Assembly (NCBI GenBank): GCA_030141605.1
Contig: JAQGDQ010000074.1
Span: 620,001-684,000, forward strand
Direction: 5' to 3'
Origin: Tubiluchus corallicola
Taxonomy: Eukaryota > Animalia > Priapulida
DNA length: 64,000 bases
Below the pieces are notes generated by a model. The model was given only the letters and a program-made list of their open reading frames with translations, searched no databases and was not told the DNA's origin. This document shows, piece after piece, positions 51,125-64,000 of the stretch (position 1 is its first letter; each line of letters begins with the position of its first letter). Position numbers and translations under genes: made by a program.

Positions 51125-51125
<1 letters not shown>

Positions 51126-51919
51126 TTTATTTAGGTGTAAAATTACATTAAAGCAAGAAATGGAGACATTTAGTAATAAAATCAAACTTTATGTTAACGT
51201 CACCTTGGGGCATTAATTTCTCCCTTGTGACTCAAACTTAAACAATCGTCATTAGCATGGCCGGTTTATGACGTTTTGGGGTCCACAGGCTAATGAAATT
51301 ATGGGATTCAGAAATAGCCACCGTCTAAGTTGCCCTCATCGTCTTGGATATTTTTTCTCACGATATAATTTAGTGACATTTACATAGCTTGATAGCTTAC
51401 ATAGTAGGGTATTTATTCATGACATTATCTTCTTCCTGGCGGTGTATTTATTGATATTATCTGACTGAATTCCTGCAATAAGTTATTTCAGGCATATAAA
51501 TGAAGTAGATTAGATATTTTACTGATCCCATATATGAGCTTCATTCTTTACATCATTCCATTTTAAGCACTAATGTTTTTTTTATCACGATTCACTTTAA
51601 AATTTCAGATTATCTCCACGACTTTTTTTCTATCACTGTGTGGGACAATCTAACAAGCCCTGCTTTTTGATTGCCTGCAACACATTTACCTTCGCATATA
51701 AGTGAACAGTGTTTGAGGCTTCTCCTGTGCAGTATTTCTTATTTGTATTATATCCATTGTAGGCCCTTTCACTAGATATTGTACATGAAACTAATGTAAA
51801 TGTGTAAGGTGAAATAAATGACTTATGACTGTGTGAACAGTTTACTTATGTTGAGTCAAGAATGTTCTTATTTGAGTTTTGTTAATTTTCATTAGAAATC
51901 AGAACATTTTAAGTGAGTG

Positions 51920-54900
51920 GTGCATCTTCATAGGGATCTTTACTCTGGGGGTAGATGGGGCTCCTTAGCCTTGGTCAGCAATCCCTCTAGGTGAAGGAAA
52001 ACCCTGATCACAAATCTCCACTGCGTTGTGGCTATACCCTCCGTGAGAAAGGCGAACCAGCAAGTGCGGATTACACTCAAGCTGCAGTCACAAACCTACA
52101 CACAGGCGGCTCAGGGCATGTGGTCGCTCTCAACTGACCGAGGCAGCAGCGGAGTTCGGCAGCTTAGGAATGCTCTGCTCACCCCCGTAGCATGGGGAGC
52201 AAACTAGAAAAGGTGTCCCAAACATAGCCTGCCTCAACACTTTCCTGGTCCAGCAAGCCGCCGCTGGCGGGAAATCCCATCTGTGCGGTCGAAAGAACAA
52301 GACAAAAAATAACACTAACACTGGGTGCCTGGAATGTCAGGACATTACTCAACAATGGCAACACCAACAGACCTGAAAAAAGAACTGCTCTTATAGCAAA
52401 AGAATTACAAAGATACAAAATTGACATAGCTGCCCTCAGCGAAACACGCCTTGCAGAGAAAGGACAACTCTCTGAAGCTGGCAGCGGATACACTTTCTTT
52501 TGGAGTGGGAGACCATCAGGCGAGAAAAGAGAGGCAGGAGTTGGATTTGCAGTCAGAAATGACCTTCTGAAGAACCTCTTAAAACTTCCAGATGGCATCA
52601 ACGACCGGCTTATGACTCTCCAACTACCCCTCACGGAAGGGAAGAAAGCTACACTCATAAGTGCATATGCCCCAACCATGACCAACCCAGATGACGTCAA
52701 GGACAAATTTTATGAAGAACTAGATGCTACCATCATAAATGTTCCAACATCAGACAAGCTCATACTACTTGGAGATTTCAATGTTAGAGTGGGTACAGAT
52801 CACCAATCATGGGAAGGAGTTATTGGCACACAAGGAGTGGGAAAATGTAACAGCAATGGGATCCTGCTATTACAGGCATGTGCAACCCATGAACTCATCA
52901 TCACAAACACACTATTCCGTCTTCCCAAGCGCAATAAAACAACCTGGATGCATCCAAGATCAAAATATTGGCACTTGATAGACTACACCATCGTCAGGCA
53001 GAAAGGTCGGCAAGATGTGAGGGTGACTAAAGCAATGAGAGGTGCAGAGTGCTGGACAGATCATCATCTTCTCATATCCAAACTCAGCCTACACATCCAA
53101 CCTAAAAGGTGACCACAAGGCAAAAAGACCATGATGTTGGGAAACTTCAAAATAAGGTAACTGCTAGCAGCTTCTCCCAAAGCCTTGACAAAAAGATCTC
53201 GGAGACATCTCAAGACGCCGCCACTGTTGACCAGAAATGGGAGCACTTCAGAGACCTGGTCTACTCAACAGCCCATGAACATCTAGAGGTTACTACTAAA
53301 AAACATCAAGACTGGTTTGATGAAAACGATCCTGAAATTATCACTTTGATAGCATCCAAACACCATCTACTTAGAGTACACCAAAATGACCCCACATCAG
53401 AAGCGAAGAGGGCAGCATTCATACATAAACGCAATGAGGTGCAAAGGAAACTCCTTGAAATGCAAGACACCTGGCTGTCTAGGAAAGCAGAAGAAATACA
53501 ACACTACGCTGACACCAACAACTCAAAAAAGTTCTATGATGCCCTCAAGTCCATCTATGGTCCACAACCATCTGGGACTTCACCACTCCTCAAAGCAGAT
53601 GGAACAAAGTTGCTAACTGACACGTCTGACATCCTAGAAAGATGGGCAGAACATTTCAACACCGACCATCATCCATAAACGCAGAAGCAATAGACCGACT
53701 ACCCCAAATGGAAATAAATGAATACCTAGATCAACCACCAACACTAGAGGAGATCGTCAAAGCCAATGAACAAACCTCCCATGGCAAAGCACCAGGTGCT
53801 GATGGAATACCAGCCGAAATCTACAAGCAGGGGGGCAGCAATGCTACAAGAACTTACCGACCTATTCCAGCTGATGTGGGAGGAAAGCAAACTTCCTCAA
53901 GACCTCCGAGATGCTACAGTTGTCCACATTTACAAACAAAAAGGGAACAGGCAGTCACGTGACAACCACAGAGGTATATCTCTGCTGTCCATAGCGGGTA
54001 AGACCCTGGCACGTGTCCTACTAAATCGACTGTTGTTGCACCTGGAGAAAGACCTTCTCCCAGAGAGCCAGTGTGGCTTTAGAGCAGGCAGAGGAACGGT
54101 GGATATGATCTTTGCTGCAAGACAACTTCAAGAGAAGTGCCAAGAACAGAACGTCAGCCTCTTCACAACATTCATAGACCTCACCAAGGCTTTTGCTACT
54201 GTCAGTAGGAATGGCCTCTGGAAGATCATAGAAAAATATGGATGCCCAAAGAAGTTTATTGATATTGTGCGGCAGTTTCATGAAGGTATGATGCTCGGAG
54301 TCCTAGATGACGGAGACATGTCTGAAGCCTTTGAAGTAACAAATGGTGTAAAACAGGGCTGTGTACTCGCTCCAACACTCTTCAGCATGATGTTCTCTGC
54401 CATGCTACATGATGCTTTTGAAAACACCCACGAAGGCATTAAGATAAAATACAGAACAGATGGCAGCCTCTTCAACTCCAGGTGCTTGCAAGCTACCACC
54501 AAGACCCATGTAACCACAGTCAAAGAATTTCTCTTTGCTGATGATTGCACTCTCAGTGCCACCTCCCAAGAACAAATGCAAAGAGAGATGGACCACTTCG
54601 CATCAGCCTACAAGAACTACGGCCTAACAATCTCTAAAAGAAAACTGAAGTTATGTACAAACCAGCTCCAGACGCCCCACAGGTTCAGCCAAAGATTTTA
54701 GTGAATGGTCAAGAACGTATCTCTGTTGACAACTTCACATACCTAGGGAACACCCTTACCACAGCTGCCAACATCAATACAGAAATCAATAACAGAATTG
54801 CCAAGGCTAGCGCTTCATTTGGAAGACTCCGCTCCAACGTATGGGACAGGAGAGGCATCAGAACCACCACAAAATTGAAGGTGTATAGAGCTGTCGTCAT

Positions 54901-55533
54901 CACATCTCTCCTCTATGCCAGTGAATCCTGGACATTATATAGGAGATATGTAAAACAGCTTAACCACTTTCACATGGGCTGTCTGAGAAAAATCCTGCAC
55001 ATTAAGTGGCAGGACAAGGTGCCAGACACAGAGGTACTTAAAAGAGCTGACCTCCCCAGCATCCATACACTCCTCCTAAAAACACAAGTTCGGTGGGCAG
55101 GACATGTGATTCGCATGCCAGACAATCACATACCAAAGAAGAAGCTCTATGGAGAACTTGTGTCTGGAAAGAGAAAGGTTGGACGACCAACTCACTCCAG
55201 GAGCTCAGCATGGATATCCGCTCAACGGAAACCCTTGCACAAGATCGCTCAGCATGGCGGAGTGCCATCATCACAGGGGCTACGACAGCAGAGGCGAAAA
55301 GAATTGAGGAGGCAGAGGAGAAGCTCAGGAGACGCAAGGCATGTGACACTGCCCAACAACAGGTCCAAACACCCAGCCTCACCTGTGCCAAATGCCAAAG
55401 AAGTTTCCAGGCCAGAATTGGCCTAGTCAGTCACCTTCGAGCTCATCAAAGGAATGACAACCCCCAAACTGACCTTTTATCCCTGTCACCATGGTCATCT
55501 TCGATTCAAAGGACAAACATCACATCACATCAC
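51920..55533 (+). mobile_element. Near full-length RTE-clade (BovB-like) LINE, disabled by a stop codon and several frameshifts
   Basis: APE domain (LGAWNVRTLL, DIAALSETRL, SAYAPT, LGDFN, IDY, TDH), RT (RGISLLS, FIDLTKAF, GVKQGCVLAPTLF, LFADD, YLG), C-terminal CAKC...HLRAH; RTE-type 5' motif ctaggtgaaggaaaaccctga; (CATCA)n 3' tail; higher GC than flanks. Confidence 0.95.
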
Positions 55534-55554
55534 AATCAATTTATTTCACTCCAG

Positions 55555-55587
<33 letters not shown>

Positions 55588-55609
55588 AGACATCAACATA
55601 CAATATAAC

Positions 55610-55921
55610 TAGAAAAAACTATGAGGTAAAAAATCATTGATCAAATCAAATTAACCAAATAAATGAACTGCTGTATGACACCCTGAAAATGTGGCTTGTA
55701 AGGCATCACGAATGTGAATGAGTGAATAAAAGCATGGTTAGGGTTAGTAGATATGATGGAATGTATATATGTACATATATATATTAGAAAAAGCTACATA
55801 GGGAAAAATCATTGATGAAATCAAATTAACCAAATAAATGAACTGCTGTATGGCACATTGAAAACATGGCGTCATGAATGTGTATAAAAGAATAGTTAGG
55901 GTAAGTAGACATGATGGAATG
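55610..55921. repeat. Diverged tandem duplication, period about 175 bp
   Basis: aaaaaatcattgat.aaatcaaattaaccaaataaatgaactgctgtatg and agtaga.atgatggaatg each occur twice. Confidence 0.85.
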
Positions 55922-56501
55922 GGAAATAGTATGGTTGCTGATAGAAGGAAGGGAGGGAGGAAACGACCGCAGTGTATGTTTTAAATTACGTAGCGCTATG
56001 TAGTATAATTCTAAGTAATGGGAAGCCAGCCACTGCGAGGGACACGCATGGGAGTATCAGGATTGCATTATAAGTATGAGACAAGGGTGGTTCTTTTCAA
56101 GTAATTTTTGAAACTATAGACAGTTTGTATATTTTTACTTGGCACTTACTGTATTTTATTTGAGTTTTTTAGGTTCAAATTTGATTCGAACCAAAACTAT
56201 AGATTCGAATAATTCAGCACTTCAGCCAAACACGTTCTTTATCATTAAAATGTCTGATCTGATAACTGCATCAGAAACTTTTTATTGATTGGTATAATCA
56301 TGATGTATTCAAAATGATAAATTTGTTCAAGGCCATGCAGATTTTTCAGCCTGAACATACATACTGTGGCTCAGAAAAACACAATTAGCCTTTGCACATC
56401 AGACTAATAAAATAATGACTCATGTCTCAACCGCAGTGCACACACACACACTGCACAAATTTTTTAGCTACATGTGTTCATAAAGTCATTTGAGTTTAAC
56501 T

Positions 56502-57238
56502 CAGGGCCAGCTCTATATCTAGGTAAACTAGACAGTTGTCTAAGGTGCCAAATTCTGGAATTCTTTAATTTTCAAGTTTAGCATAAGTAATAATTTATAG
56601 TGCCTATGTAATTGCTTAAGTGCACAATAATTTATTTAAGTGAAACAATAGTTTACCTGTGTTATTTTCCTTGATGAACACTTTCTACTTTTGCTTTATC
56701 TAGTTTCCCAATATTATGCAATTCACTCAGACACTACTGAAATGTTACTCTGCTTTTACCCACAGTTTCATTTGTATGGCATGTATGCATAGAGCAGTAG
56801 AACTATATAAGTGCTTATATGTAGTAATGATCCTTCCGTTAATAAAAAAATTTCTTACAATAGCACTTAACTAATTATAAGAATCGAAGTCTTCAGGAGT
56901 GGAATACAGGAAATGAAAAGTAAAAAAGCTGGTGGATATTGAAGTATGCAACCAGACCAGAGTTAAAGCTGTGAAGATGATGAAGCAAGTGAAATGGATT
57001 ACTTTTGAAGACCCAGAATGTACAATGGATCATAAATTCAATTTTAATTTTAACCAACAGATCCGAAACTGCAGATATAGGCAATAAACTACACTTAATT
57101 AGTGCACTATAATACATATATAAGTTTAACACACAGATATCATTATACTTTATTAATTATGATATTATACAAGAAAAATTTAATTAAAAATTAAAAATAC
57201 TTTTGCCTAGGATGTCAAATTACCTAGAGACAGCCCTG
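56502..57238. mobile_element. hAT-type non-autonomous element
   Basis: Termini cagggccagctcta / tagagacagccctg with 8-bp flanking repeat gtttaact / gtttaacc. Confidence 0.75.
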
Positions 57239-58160
57239 GTTTAACCTTTTTTTCACTTAAGGTACATATTATGACAGACTCACAAAAAAACCATTTTTTT
57301 AAATACAAGACATAATGCATGCACGTAAACTGAAGATGAAAATGAAAATAGGATAAGGATGAAAGGTTACAATAGATGATGAGACACTGAGCTGACTTGG
57401 GCCTGGTTAATAAATGAAATTTCTTTCACTAAGAGAAAAGACATATATTTGAAAGGCAGCTGATTTAATTTGGTATCTGATATTCATGCTTTGTAGTTTA
57501 CTAGCTAATGTCCTACCACAACTATTCAACATTAGCAGGCTTGGCAGCATTAGTTATTAAGAGCTATATTCCGGTTTGCAGAATTGTATAAAATACAATT
57601 TGTAGAACTTGAACAGCTAATCAACTGTTAAATATTATACACAAAGAAAATTTTAAATAATACTTCAGTGTAACCAAATAATGCTTAGGAGGCCTACACA
57701 TGATAGTAACTAACAATGCTGTAGCAACAGCATGTCACAGCAACATGGTAGTATCATGCTCAGTTTGCAACTGGTAACTCATAAATTCAATAACTGGATG
57801 AATTATACAATAGACAGAATGATACTGATCACTGGATCTTTCACAAAATTTATAGGTTTTGAAGTAAAAAAGGCTTCTTGAAAATAAGTACGCGTATATT
57901 AAGTGACACTACACCATGTACTAAGGAAGCTATAAATGATGAAATTTAAAATATTATAGTAAAGGTGTTATCCTAAAGAGTGCTAGTTAAATGAACAAAA
58001 CTCAGTTCGTTTTAGAACAAATGAAAGTTTAAACAAGTGAAAAAACTCTGAAAGATTTAGACAACAAAGGTCACAATATTATGGAAGCAGCTGTCATATG
58101 TCAAATAGTTGGAAAGGACTGGCAGCTTCACATCACTCTGGAATGATTTCACATTTTCCA

Positions 58161-63714
<5,554 letters not shown>

Positions 63715-64000
63715 ACCTGAAGCACAAAAGGAATGCAGGCAATTAAGTAGTCCAAAATGATGTTTTAAATTAAAACTTCACAGTTTTCATCACGATTTTG
63801 GTAACTAACCAACGCAATCTCACAAATTGTGTAAATTTAACCGCCAGTAACTTCACACAGCGTTCGATTCAAATTAAGTCAAACTACGTATTTTTACTCG
63901 GGAACAATAATATTTAAGCGAAAATGTCTTTGGTCCTGCAATGACTACAGCCATTCAAATTAATGATTTAGTTAACTACAAAATAATTGATTATCCAAAT

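Noticed and set aside
51019-51216. 65-aa ORF with a YIYIYI run
   Set aside because: Translation of the TA microsatellite.
52130-55391. Minus-strand and alternate-frame ORFs up to 175 aa
   Set aside because: Shadows of the RTE ORF.
56859-57154. Apparent minus-strand exon (56859-57067) just after an AATAAA, suggesting DYNLT1 is also linked operon-style to gene X
   Set aside because: Both signals lie inside the hAT element 56502-57238 (inverted termini and 8-bp flanking repeat), so they are better explained as transposon sequence.

Overview
AT-rich, intron-containing animal genomic DNA, probably an invertebrate (arthropod-like by inference only). Hand-assembled gene models, most of them invisible or fragmentary in the ORF track: (1) + strand 3023-7434, a highly divergent, shortened SLC25/UCP-like mitochondrial carrier (about 230 aa) with a uORF-bearing leader; (2) + strand 16643-29921, Syncrip/hnRNP Q-R (527 aa) with a tandem pair of 136-nt mutually exclusive exons surrounded by competing RNA-pairing elements, and alternative C-terminal exons; (3) - strand tRNA-Trp(CCA) 35428-35499; (4) - strand 46771-41513, a complete BIG/Sec71 Arf-GEF (1752 aa) encoded in a single 5.26-kb exon; (5) - strand 48914-47077, an unidentified 3-exon 107-aa ORF (gene X) whose poly(A) signal lies about 160 nt before the BIG splice acceptor; (6) - strand 63714-58161, dynein light chain Tctex-1 (113 aa, 5 coding exons). 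Introns and spacers hold decayed LINEs, a near-full-length RTE/BovB-type LINE with a long flanking direct repeat, many MITEs, an inverted triplication and a tRNA-derived tandem array. The most notable items are the promoter-less-looking intronless BIG gene coupled to gene X (retrogene using a neighbour's transcription, or an operon), the Syncrip splicing switch, and the degenerate carrier. All splice models are predictions from sequence alone; comparisons with human or Drosophila proteins are from memory and need database confirmation.
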